From the NCBI RefSeq assembly GCF_963921235.1, contig NC_086108.1:65784001-65848000 (forward strand): a stretch of DNA of 64,000 nt. The letters run 5' to 3'. The notes beneath the pieces are model-generated. The model saw only the letters and a list, made by a program, of their open reading frames with translations, ran no database searches and was not told the origin of the DNA. Shown one piece after another: positions 1 through 11,596 of the stretch. The stretch is from Mobula hypostoma (taxonomy: Eukaryota). Made by a program: the position numbers and the translations under genes. Positions within the stretch are counted from its first letter, which is position 1, and every line of letters starts with the position of its first letter.

Positions 1-3000
1 CTGTGAAACAGACATCGGTGGACCTGTACTTCTACCGTGCTGACTTTGGTAGGAATGCTGGGAAGTGCTGACTGCCATGCAGCTTTAACAGCGCCAGTGC
101 ATCGGGACCTCAGAGGTCTGTGAACTCCATGGGTTCCAGCTGCCAGGGTCATCTACTGTTCATTATGGACACCCTTTTAGGGCGATGTTTCCTGTGTGAC
201 TTGGGTGCTCAAGTGAGTGTTGCCTATTGATGAAAAGGCAAAGAGTGACGAAACCTCACTGGAAACTGTCAACGGCAGTAAGATCCAGACTTATGGGGCA
301 CAACAGGTGAATTTCTGCTTCAGTGGACAACGCTATACGTTGGGCCTCATCTGGCTAAAGTGCCTAGTCCTCTGCTCGGTGCAGATTTCTGTGTGTCCAA
401 GGACTATGAGTCGATCTTAAGAACTGCTGGCTTGTGGTTGTCAAGGACTTTGGGTTGTTACCCTGCTCCCCCAGTAAGCTCCCCACAACAACTCTGTCAA
501 GCACATGAGAGCTTACTCGACCGCTGGGTGAATTCCCAGACCTCACCAAGCCCATATTCCCCACTATAGTTGCAAAACATGGGGTTCAACACCACATTTC
601 CACAACTGTCCCACTAGTTCATATATGCATGTTTAGACTAGACCCAGAAAATCTGGCAACTGTGAAGGCTGAGTTACCAACATGTAAAGACTTGGCATTG
701 TATGCCAGTCGAATAGCCCCTGGGCTTCACCCCTCCATATGGTTCCTAAGTCTGATGGTGGTTGCTGCCCTTGTGGTGATTACCGATGCCTTAATGAGAC
801 CACTACCTTGGAGATTGTCACCCAGTCCTACTCATTCAAGACCTTTCGGCACGTATGATGGAAAGTCAATTTTTTTCAAAGTCAATCCAGTTAGGGGCTA
901 CTATTGGGTGCCTGTCTGTTCAAAGGATATTCCCAAAACAGCTGTGATAACCCCATTTGGCCTTTTTGAGTTTCTGTGTATGCTGTTTGGATTGAAAATT
1001 GCAGCACAGACTTTCCAATGGCTGATGAACTCTGTATATAAGACAGATTTTCTTTTTGTTTACCTGGATGACATACTTGTCGCCAGTGCGTCTAAATCCG
1101 AACACGTATCTCATCTCCATGCACTTTTCCAACACTTAAGCCGACACGGGTTGATTATTAACCCTGCTAAATGCCAGTTTGGGTTGTCAACCATTGACTT
1201 TCTCAGCTATCACATTTCTGCAGAAGGTGCAAAGCCCCTCCCGTCAAAGATAGCTTTCCCGTCACCCCATACTCCTAAAAAAACTACAGGAGTTTTTAGG
1301 CATAGTGAATTTCTATTACTGCTTCATTCCATGAGCAGCTGAACCTATGCTGCCCCTGTAGAGTGTACTAATCAAGTGTTTGACTGGTCAGGGGATATAA
1401 CCCAGGCATTTGATGATACCAAGCGAGTTCTTTCTAACGCGACCCTAATGGCATATCAACTCCCCAATGCATCCATAGCCATCATAACTGAAGCCTCAGA
1501 CTATGCTACGGGTGCTGTGCATGAGCGGCTAGTCAGAGGTGTGTGGCAACTGCTCACCTTCTTCAGTCAGCAGCTCTGTCTACCCAAAAGGAAGTACAGC
1601 ATGTTTGACCATGAGCTTCTCGGTCTCTTATCTGGCTGTCTGCTATTTTCATTTTCTTCCAGAGGGTCACCATTTCACAGTGTTCATTGACTACAAAACC
1701 CCTCGTGCACGTGATGGCCAAATTAGTAGACCCTTGGTCTGCATGGCAGCAATGCCACCTGGCCAATTTAACAATGGATGTACAACATATCAAGGGTAAA
1801 AATAATACCATGGCCAGTTGCTTCTCACAGCCAGCCACTGAGACTGTATACATAAGGGTTGACTATGCCGACATGGCAGCTGACCAAGTTCCTGACCCAG
1901 AGGTCCTGTCTTACTGAACAGCAGACATGAGCATGCAATTGGCTGACATTAAGTTTGGGAAGCTGGGGTTTCCCTCCTGTGTGATTTCTCGCCTTCCTCC
2001 TATTGTGCCTGCATACTGGAGAAAGACTGTTTTCAACTCCTTACATGGCCTCTCACATCTGGAGTAGAAAGCCTCACAAAAACTGCTTGCTCTAAAGTTT
2101 GTTTGGCATGGCCTCCCTCTTCCCCCTTCCCACGTTTTCACGCACCTTCTGACATTGAAACTATGCCACCAGATGGTCAGAGGTCATCCCTCTAGTATTA
2201 ACAACGGCCGCAGATGTGGCTTGGGCGTTCATCAGCACCTGGGTTGCTCAGTTTGGCACCCTATCTGATGTTTCCTCTGACTGTGGACCTCTGGGCTGCA
2301 ATGGCCCAGAACCTTGGCGTTAGGATACATCACATCATGGCTTATCACCTGCAGTCCAATGGCGTATGCAAGCAGTCTCACCGCCCCTTAAAGGCTGCTC
2401 TGCGGGCTTCCCTGACCGATGAGTGTTGGCATGAACATCTTCCATGGGACCTGCTGGGGCTCAGTATTGCTCCAAAAGAGAACCTGCAGTTATTCATGGC
2501 AGAGTCGGCATATGGGCAGCCATTACGAGTTCAAGGTGATTTCTTTCCTGATGCCATGACTGCCTGGTCAGTCTCTCAACAGCGTTCCTTCCTCCTTAGT
2601 AAATTCAATTCCTTTTCACCTACTCCTACCTCCCATCATAGCGTACAGCACCCTTGGGTCCCTGTTGATCTACGTTCCACCTCATTTGTTTTTTGTCCAC
2701 CATGACACACACCATCATCGCCTTAGGCCCCCTTATGATGGCCTATTCTACATTTTGGAACAGGGCGACAAGACTTTTATCATACATAAGAAGGCTAAAC
2801 CTGAGCAGATTTTGGTAGATCACCTTAAACTGGCCCAATAAGATTTGGAGTATTCCGCAGCCCTGCCCCTGACATCATAATGTGACCATGTGAGTGTTAA
2901 TGCACCTCTGCATGAGACAGAGGCACTTGCTGTTCCTTCACCCATGGAATCCAGGACCCAAGTGGGCTGGGGTGGGGGAGAGCTGTGTAGGGTAGCATAA

Positions 3001-3106
3001 TTCGGAGAAATGTACATAAATCACAACTGCCATTGAGTTGCAGTCTTGCTTTAAGAGGCTGGTCTGACATGATGACATTATTATGTAAAAGATTTTTTAG
3101 CATGTT

Positions 3107-3142
3107 AGTCCTGACGAAGGGTCTCGGCCTGAAACGTCGACT
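3107..3142 (+). ncRNA. Minimal type-I hammerhead ribozyme motif
   Basis: AGTC-CTGACGA-AGGGTCTCGGCCT-GAAACGTC-GACT: helix I AGTC/GACT, CUGANGA box, helix II, GAAA box, palindromic ACGU helix III and GUC cleavage triplet. Confidence 0.8.
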
Positions 3143-3199
3143 GTACCTCTTCCTAGAGATACTGCCTGGCCTGCTGCGTTCACCAGCAACTTTTATGTG
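3107..3199 (+). mobile_element. Short Penelope-like (pLTR-derived) insert carrying a hammerhead motif
   Basis: Absent from the other LTR copies. Flanked by a near-perfect 11-bp TSD, TTTAGCATGTT (3096-3106) / TTTAGCGTGTT (3200-3210). Homologous to 16951-17132 and 54678-54788. Confidence 0.8.
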
Positions 3200-3299
3200 T
3201 TTAGCGTGTTGTGTAGGTTTTGGAGTTATATAGTATGTGTAATGGGTTTCAGTAAACATAAAATGCTTCAAATTGTTTTATCTTTGGAAACCTAAAACA

Positions 3300-3470
3300 G
3301 TAACTCAAATAACCATATGTTACAACAGTGGTGATTAGAAGAGCATCTCGGAAGGCATAGCACGTCAAGCCTTGAAGTGAGTGGGCTACAGCAGCAAAAG
3401 ACTACAAACATACACTCAATGGCAACTTGATTACATATGGAGGTACCTAATACATCTGCCAGTGAGTGTA
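3300..3470 (+). mobile_element. 3' part of a Tc1-like non-autonomous DNA transposon (host of the Gypsy insertion)
   Basis: Matches 43393-43540 (ACTCAAATAACCAT...GAAGAGCATCTC...GGGCTACAGCA). Ends in a degenerate terminal inverted repeat (TIR) ...CAGTGAGTG followed by TA. Confidence 0.75.
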
Positions 3471-3499
3471 GATGTACATTGATTATCTAAGTCTTTGTC

Positions 3500-3827
3500 A
3501 GTCTAATAACATGAAGAGGATGTTTTCATAATGGGGAAGTCTAGGACCAGAGATCCTCAGAATATGACATCCCTTTAGAACACAGATGAGGAGGGATTTT
3601 TTTAGTCTAACTTCATTGCTGTGGATGGCTGTGGAAGCCAAGTCATTCAGTATCTTTAAAGTGAGGGTTGAAATGTTCTTGATTAGTAAGGGCATCAAAA
3701 GGTTGCAGAGAGAAGGCAGAAAAATGGCGTTGAGAAGGATAATGAATCTGACATGATGGAGTGGTGGATCAGACTTGATGGGCCAAAAGGGCTAATTCTG
3801 CTCCTGTAATGTCTTTATGGTCTTATA
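3500..3827 (+). mobile_element. Old CR1 LINE 3' fragment
   Basis: Similar to the CR1 ORF2 C-terminus and 3'UTR (GGGAAGTCTAGGACCAGAG...TCTGCTCCTG...TTATGGTCTTAT). Confidence 0.7.
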
Positions 3828-5879
3828 GTTTAGAATTATTGACTCAGACTTTGTAGATAACAACCAAGGACTGCTGCCCATAAAAATTTTCTATCTGTGC
3901 AACATAGATTTTCCTTAATTCAAAGTAACTTTTAATCTTGCCATTTGTGACAGCAGCTGAGAACTCTTCAATCAGTTTGAAGAAATCTCAGAAGTAGCAA
4001 ACCAGAATGTAGAAAACAAGTATCATAATTCATAGTAATATCAATTTCTAGAAACAGCATTAGTAATTGAATTAAGATGAAAGATGAAACGTGCTAGTTT
4101 GATCATATGAGAAATCAGGTAATGATGGACTGATTGCTCTGCAATCAAGCTTGACCTCACTTCTGTATGTAACATCGATCGATTTTGTATACAGTTTGTA
4201 CTTAACTATCCTTCCACACTTTGCAATTTACTAAAGAAATTTTCCTGGATTTCCTTTTATTTTGAAGAGATTGCTTAAATTTTTGTCATTAATCTGATTT
4301 TCTCTCTTCCATTAATGTAAATGTTCTAATTAATTTGCCTTTTCTTCTACGGATGACAGTTTGTCGTGAGTCCAGACGTGCACCCATCCTGTCTCCAATG
4401 TTGCGATGAAAACTTCTAAAAATTGTAGAATTTTAAAATGTCATCCTGATAGGAACTATTATTTTTTTCAGTGCCAGTGAGAGTGGATGAGTGATAGGAC
4501 AGGAAGGAGGTCAGTGATTATTAAACAGAAATTAAAACTAAGTAAACTATTAAACATCTGAGACCTCGAGCATAATACATTCAGTGAGAATAGGAGGTGA
4601 TGTTCACATCTAACCAATGATTTGTGGTCAATTTCATCTGCAATAACTGCAGTTCCATTCCCTGTGGAGCAAAAATGGATCATTGGCATCAATAATAGGA
4701 TCTCTGCATTTAATTGTGCAGGCATGGATGCCAGAAGTTGTTATCAATTTCACACAATAACACTGGTGGGTACAGATAGTTACACTATCAATGTAACTGC
4801 AACTCCAGGCTAATGTGTTATCACCCATTTCACCAATGAACATGTTGTAGTTCTATTAACTGTTCCCTTCCCCATTAGGTGTTATACACATTCAAATCTC
4901 AGCAGTATTTGTCAGCAGTCTAGGTAGATCACAGTTAAAACTCTGCCTCTCACATGCTCAAGCTTGGGCACACACATGCACACAACTCCGTAAGGGAGGA
5001 GGATTCTGATACTTTTTATTGCGAATCCAAACTTGCCAAGCCACCTGTGGGATCCTAATTGCACTCTCAAGGTTAGATGAGCACAGACCAGAGATCAAAT
5101 CTAAACCTTCTTAACGTCAGCTTTCTTTCTCCATTAGGGATTAATCATGAGCCTTCATATACTGTTGAAACAATTACATTTTGCACATATATGTTTCAAG
5201 AATAGTCTAAATGTCTTCAGTTATTATAACTTCATATTCATAAGACACTCCCATCAAGAAGTTTGGAATGATAACTACTTTCTTGTTGTATCACTTGGAG
5301 TACCTGTTAAAGTCACATCACAAACAAAACCCTTAAATTTTCCAGCTTGTCAGTCAATCAGTGTCAAAGGCTCTTGTTTCCCAACCCAAATGTACGAAAC
5401 ATACAGTGAAAGAGACAGAAGATAAGTTAACATATAAAAGCGTGAGTTCCATTCCAGTATAGTGGAACCTTCACAGTTCCCGACCAAAATCTCACCCTTC
5501 CACCCCTGCAGAACAGAAATCTTCTATTGGAAGCAAGAAGCGAAAAATGATTTGGAAATTACTGGAGTATCACATCTTATGACAGGTGTTATCAATTAGT
5601 ATTGTGTTCCCCTTTCTCTTTAGGCAGTGTTAATTTTGAGATGTAAGCTGCTGGAAGCTTAAATTGATAATGGCACTGTATTCAGCAGGGAAAATGGCCC
5701 TTTGGTCCCCGACTGTGTCAAAAATAAAGACAATTTAAATCGCACAACTGCCTGCATGAGGTCTACATCTCTCAATTTCCTGTCTATTTGTGTGCCTCAA
5801 AGTATTTGTTTCCAACACCCTCCCTGGCAACATGTTCCAGCAAATTCCACTTCCAATTTTAAAAAATACTCTGTAAATT

Positions 5880-7038
5880 TCCTATAATTTTCCCCTTCCC
5901 CACAACCACCCCCCCCCCCACCAACCCCACTTCCCAGCTTTAACACTCTACCCTGTAGTATTTGAGAATTCCATTATGGGAAGAAGACTATGACTATCTA
6001 CCCTATCGCTGCCTCTCATCATTTTTTATACCTCAATTTAATCATCCCTCAGCCTCTGACACACCTAAGAACACAATCCTATTTTGTTGAACCTGTCATT
6101 ACAGTTAATACTCTCTGATCTAGGCAACATCCTGGTGAACCACTCCCATACCCTTCCCAAAGCCTCCACAACTTTCCTGTAATGTGGTAATCAGAAATGT
6201 ATATACATTACTCCAAATGTGCCTAACTAAAGTTTTATATGGGTGTAACATGACTTTCTGAATTTTACACACAACAACCTGACCAGTAAATGAAGGAATG
6301 TTGTATCCCTTCTTTACCACCCTTCCTACTTGTATCGCCACTTTCAAGGTGTTATGGACTTGCATTCTGGAGTTCTTCAATGCTCCTAAGGATCCTGATA
6401 CGGACTGTATGGTTTCCTCTTAACTTTCACTTCCTACATTTCACTTCCCCACACTCCTACAGATTAAACTCGATCTGCCTTTTCCCTTTCTACATTTCCA
6501 GCTAGTATATATCCTGCTGAATCCTTTGACAAACTTTCTTATTATTATCCAGCATTCTGCCAATTTTCATGTTGTCTGTAACCTACATTTTCATCCAAAT
6601 CATTTATATATATTACAAACAACAGAGGACACAGTACCGGTCCTTGTGGGACACCACTGGTCACAGTCAGAACAGTAGCCCTCTATCACTACACAAGAGA
6701 TTCTGCAGGTGCTGGCGATCCAGAGTAACACACACAAAATGCTCGGTCAGATAGCAGCTATGAACAGGAATGAAGGGTTGGCATTTTGGGCTAAAACCCT
6801 TCAAGAGAAGGGTCTCAGCCCGAAACATCAACTCTTTATTTCTCCCCATAGATGCTGCCTAAGCTGCTGAGTTCCTCCACCACCAACCTCTGCCAAGTTC
6901 ATTTCAAACACATTCTTGTAAATCTCCATGGATCCCATCAGCCCATCATGAGCGGCCTTGTTGAAACTTTACTAAAGCCCATGTGTATATCATCCATTGT
7001 CATACCCTTATCAATCATCTTCGTCACCTCCTCAAAAA
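5880..7038 (-). mobile_element. Old CR1 LINE RT fragment
   Basis: Minus ORF 6120-6380 (LKVAIQVGRVVKKGY...YKTLVRH) resembles the CR1 RT C-terminal region. Confidence 0.8.
6691..6880. mobile_element. Older Penelope-type pLTR insert with two inverted arms and a degenerate hammerhead
   Basis: TTCTGCAGGTGCTGG...CACACAAAATGCT arm, followed by GAAGGGTCTCAGCCCGAAACATCAACT...GATGCTGCCT. Sits inside the CR1 fragment. Confidence 0.65.
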
Positions 7039-8220
7039 CTCGATGGTTTACAAAGAATAGAGTAAATGATGAGGAAAAAAACCAAGTTTAACTGAAGTCA
7101 ATTTATGTGCTTAAAGAGCAATGGGTGGGGAGGGGAATTGAAGGCGGAATTTATGGATTTGGAACTGGGTTGGAGGTTAACTACTTTTAGTATGAATTCA
7201 CATTGGAAGCCTGAAGTCAACTTGTTGGTCTGGTGGAGTTTGGGTTGTCACCTTCAATAAGACAATCACTCATTAAGGACAATATTAATTGAGGGACTGC
7301 GACCTTTGATGAGAGCAGGCAGATTTCCCAGAACTCACCAATGTAATCACAGCCAGAGTGTACCACTGGATTGCTTTAGTGTAATCCAACCTCAAGTCAC
7401 ATTCTATGTTTACACAAGGATGTTGTGCGAGAAGGATGATTAGAAAACTTGGAGATATATTTTTAGTCAATGGAGAAAAAATCGATAATGCTGTTCAGTT
7501 GCCTAACTTTAAAATTGACTGCCTTAAAGTGTAGGTCTCTGTGGCCAAATAAGAAAAATTGTTATGTATGGTGCCTTCCTTTTGCCTCAGAGGGTGACAC
7601 AATTGCGACGGTCAACTGGCAGACTATCCATCAATGACCCACAGCTGCACTGAAGGGAAGTGTGCAGTTCCCAGCACAAATGTAGAAGATATGTTCCTCA
7701 AATACATCTAAGCAGTGTTACTTCATCACGTTGCATGAGTTGCAGAGAGGCATTTGTAGCTGGGATAAGATGTCTGTATAATGAATGGATTTAGTAGTCA
7801 CAATTTTGCATTGATTATCAAAGCATTCCCATCCCAGGACCCTAACAGGTCACAATTAGAAACCTCTACATGATTTCCCATTTATTGGTATACTCTTGTA
7901 CAAGATAGGAACTCAAAGGATTTTCTTCCAGAGAAGCAAGTTAGACAACTTTGCCTCTAATGAAACCAGATGGGATAGGCAAATGTGTGTGTTCACTACA
8001 CCAGCTGAATTACAATGAGTGCAAGGACTCATTGATTATGGGAACACCACTATCTGAGTGTTCTTCATCTTTCTGTGCAGATACAGATGTGCACATGGTT
8101 GCATGGCAGCTGGCTTGACTTTTAGCAATTCACAGGTAGATAGATAGGGTCATAATCTTTCCTGGAGATAGGTGACCAAAACTGCACATAATGCTCCAAA
8201 TTAGGTTTCACCAACATCTT

Positions 8221-8913
8221 AGAAATATAGAAACATAGAAAACCTACAGCATAATATAGGCCCTTCGGCCCACAAAGCTGTGCTGAACATGTCCTTACCT
8301 GAGAAATTACCTAGGGATACCCACAACCCTCTATTTTTCTGAGCTCCACATACCTGTCCAGGAGTCTCTTAAAAGACCCTATTGTATCCACCTCCACAAC
8401 CGTTGCCAGCAGCCCATTCCACGCACTCACCACACCCTGCATAAAAAAAATTCCCCTGATATCTCCTCTGTACCTACTTCCAAGCACCTTAAAACTGTGC
8501 CCTCTCGTGCTAGCCATTTCAGCCTTGGGAAAAAGCCTCTGACTATCCACACAATCAATGCCTCTCATCATCTTATACACCTCTATCAGGTCACCTCTCA
8601 TCCTCTGTCGCTCCAAGGAAAAAAGGCCAAGTTCACTCAACCTATTTTCATAAGGCATGCTCCCCAACCCAGGCAACATCCTTGTAAATCTCCTCTGCAC
8701 CCTTTCAATGGCTTCCACATCCTTCCTGTAGTGAGGCGACCAGAACTGAGCACAGTACTCCAAGTGGGGTCTGACCAGGGTCCTATATAGCTGCCACATT
8801 ACCTATAGCTCCTAAGCTCAATACCATGATTGATGAAGGCCAATGCACTATATGCTTTCTTACCACAGAGTCAACCTGCACTGTAGCCTTGAGTGTCCTA
8901 TGGACTTGGACCC
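8221..8913 (-). mobile_element. 5'-truncated CR1 LINE (second subfamily), nested in an older CR1
   Basis: ORF 8311-8799 QLYRTLVRPHLEYCAQFWSPHYRKD and (GAAACATA)n tail at 8221-8240. Highly similar to 25335-26356. Confidence 0.92.
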
Positions 8914-8978
8914 AGTTGTATAATCTTGTACAACTTCAACATAACATCCCAACTCCTGTACTCAATATTTTGATTAAA

Positions 8979-10140
8979 TAGAATCAGAATCAGATTAATA
9001 TCACCGGTATACGTCATGAAATCTGTTGCTTTGCAGTACAGTATATTGCAATATATAATCATAAAAAAACTATAAATTACAATAAGAAATGTGTATTGAA
9101 GATTACATTAAGTCAGTAGTGCAAAAAGAGAGCAATAGAAAAAAAAAGTGTGGTAGTGTATATCGGTTCATTGTCCATTCAGAAATCTGATGGTGGAGGA
9201 GAAGAAAACGTTCCTGAATTGTTGAGTTGTGTCTTTGGGCTCCTGTACCTCCTCAATGATGGTAGCAATGGGAATAGGGCATGTCCAGTATGATTGAGTT
9301 CATTAATGATGGACCCTACCTTTTTGAGGCATCGGCTTTTGAGGGTGTCCTCAATGCTGGGGAGACTAGTAGCCATGATGGAGCAGGCTGAGCTTACAAC
9401 TTTCTGCAGCTTCTTCCAATCCTGTGCATTGGCCCCTATAAGCCAGGTGAGATGCATCCATTTAGAATGCATCTGCAGAAATTTGTGAGAGTCTTTGGTG
9501 ACAGTCTCCTGAAACTCCTAATGAAGTATAGCCACTGTCGTGCCTTCTTTGTAATTGCATCAATATGTTAGACCTAGGACACCCAGGAACTTGAAACTGC
9601 TCACACTTTCCACTGCTGATCCTTCAGCAAGGATTAGTATGTGTTTCCTCAAGATCCCCTTCTTGAGGTCAACTGACATTGAGTGTAAAGTTGTTGCAAT
9701 ACCACCCAACCAGCTGATCTATCTTGCTCCTGTATGCCTCCTTGTCAGCTTGCGAAATTCTGCTAACAATAATTGTGTCATTGGCAGATTTATAGATGGC
9801 ACTTGAGCTCTGCCTAGCCACACAATCGTGTGTGTAGAGAAAGTAGAGCAGTGGGTTAAGCATGCACCATCCTTGAGGAACACCAGTGCTGATTAGCAGC
9901 GAGGCAAAAATGTTATTTCTGATCTGCACCGACTGTGGTCTCTCACTGAAGAAGTCCAGGATCCAGTTGCAGAGGCCCAGGTTTTGGAGTCTGTAGATTA
10001 GAACTGAAGGTATGATTGTGTTGAATATTGAGCTGCAATCAATAAACGGCAGCCTGATGTAAGTATTGCTATTGTCCATGTGACCTAAGGCCAAGTGGAG
10101 AGCCAGTAAGACTGCATCTGTTGTAGACCTATTGTGGCAT
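8979..10140 (-). mobile_element. Rex1/Babar-type LINE, 5'-truncated
   Basis: RT pieces [18 protein letters not shown]...GVPQG...[11 protein letters not shown] (9669-10094) and KLQKVVSSACSI...HTGHALFPLLPS (9179-9472). (AGAATC)n tail. Confidence 0.88.
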
Positions 10141-10146
10141 TGGAAG

Positions 10147-10910
10147 CTACTGTGCCAAAGCTCTCTTTACAACCCTACACACCTGTGATGCCACTTTCAA
10201 GGAATTATTGATCTGTATTTCCAGATCCCTCTGTTTCACCGTACTCCTTAGTGCCCTACTGCTCATTGTCCTATCCTGATTTGTCCTTCTAAAGTGCAAC
10301 ACCTCGCACTTTTTCTGCATTAAAATCCATCTGCCATTTTTTAAACCCATTGTTCCTGCTGGTCCAGATCCCATTTCAAGCTTTGTTAATATTCTTCACT
10401 GTCCAATTCGCCCCCAATCTTGGTGTCATCTGCAAATTTGTTGATGCAGTTAACCACATTAACATCCAAATCATTGGTTATAGATAACAAAAGCAATGAA
10501 CCCAGTTCCCATGATGGACCTTGTCAAATGCCTTGCTAAAGTCCATGTAGACAACATGACTGTCTCCATTAACATTTCGAGTAACTTCCTCAAAAAACTC
10601 TATAAGATTGATTAAACACAACCTACCATTCACAAAGTTATGCTGACTATACCTAATCAGTCTCTGTCTATCTAAATACTATATCTTGTTCCTTAGAATA
10701 CCTTCCAATAACTTGTGCACTACTGATGTCAGGTTTACCAGCCTTTAATTTCCCAGCTTATGCTTTAAGCTTTTCTTAAACAATCGAACAACATTAGCTA
10801 TCCTCTAATCCTCCAGGATCTTGCCCATGGCTAAGGACATTTGCTATGAATACCTTTGCTATGGTTCCTGCAATGTCTCCACTAGCCTTCCAAAACGTCC
10901 GAGGGAACAC
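10147..10910 (-). mobile_element. Old CR1 LINE RT fragment
   Basis: KCEVLHF...QRDLEIQINNSLKVASQV, with FADDTK- and FSKAFDKV-like DNA on the minus strand. Confidence 0.8.
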
Positions 10911-11419
10911 CTAGGGCTAATTTGAGGAAACCTTGTAATCTGTAGGGTAAAGTCTAAGTCAAATGGCTCTCCATCCCCAAACAAAAAAAAAAACAGAAAT
11001 AGCTGATGAACTTAGTCTGTAAAGCAGCATCTGTGGAAAGAAGAAATAGTTAGCCTTTTGGGTCAGTGGCCGTTGCTCAGATCTCAATCATCATTCTTTG
11101 CTGTATCAGGAAACCAAATGTTTCCCAAGTCCAAGAAAAGTGCCCAAGATGTGATTAACATTCTTTGGGTTATTCATTGAATCCTTAGGTTGCAATATAC
11201 CATCAGAACCCTGCACAATAGTTGTTGAAACTGTAAACAGAGTTAAATACTTTGAGCATTTTATAAGCTGAATCATGAACTATTTATTTTCTGTAGTCTG
11301 GCAATATTGCATATGAGTTTCTGAAACAATGAACTTAGGAACAATAGAAACTGAAAGCATGCACCTAACAACTATCGGAAAGTTGAATGTGTCAGGGCTT
11401 TGGTTCAGGCTGATATTTC

Positions 11420-11590
11420 CTTCCTTCTTCTGGGGCAGCCTCCCACAATTAAGGATGGCCTGCTTCCACTCAAGTTTTGAGGTGACTGATGAGGCCAATA
11501 TGGGAACTACAGATTCTTCCACAAATGGCAGGAAGTGGCTGATGGAGCAAGTAGGTAGATAGTTTGTGAGGTGGTGCAACTATGTCTGCC
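11420..11590 (-). mobile_element. RTE-type LINE 3' remnant (continues at ~13694-13990 beyond the CR1 insertion)
   Basis: Resembles the elasmobranch RTE 3'UTR motif GGATG..TGCTTCCACTC...GAGGTGACTGATGAGGCCAAT. Recognised from memory only. Confidence 0.45.
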
Positions 11591-11596
11591 AATTGT

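Larger units (their letters stand above)
1..3299 (+). mobile_element. Degenerate Ty3/Gypsy LTR retrotransposon (family A), 5' end outside the window
   Basis: Broken pol frames: protease-like FLCDLGAQVSVLP (~190-230), RT with IPKTAVITPFGLFEF and FVYLDDILVAS (629-1342), RNase H TEASDYATGAV (1376-1690) and integrase remnants AYHLQSNG (2214-2705). Polypurine tract GGGGTGGGGGAGAG lies just before the 3' LTR. Confidence 0.93.
2986..3299 (+). repeat. 3' LTR of Gypsy family A, interrupted by a Penelope-type insert
   Basis: Starts TGTAGG after the polypurine tract and ends CCTAAAACA. Homologous to 37744-37959 and 41540-41737 (shared TTTAAGAGGCTGGTCTGA). Confidence 0.85.

Noticed and set aside
2897..3271. 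ORFs at 2897-3271, 3033-3233, 16942-17133 and 54652-54966 sharing peptides
   Set aside because: They are chance read-through of the same hammerhead-bearing repeat and not a gene family.
4468..4860. Short ORFs with cadherin-like words (YTINVTAT, DANDP)
   Set aside because: The words fall in different frames and strands with no complete cadherin motif. The minus-strand TAVIADE...LLFSLNV fits a decayed LINE RT better.
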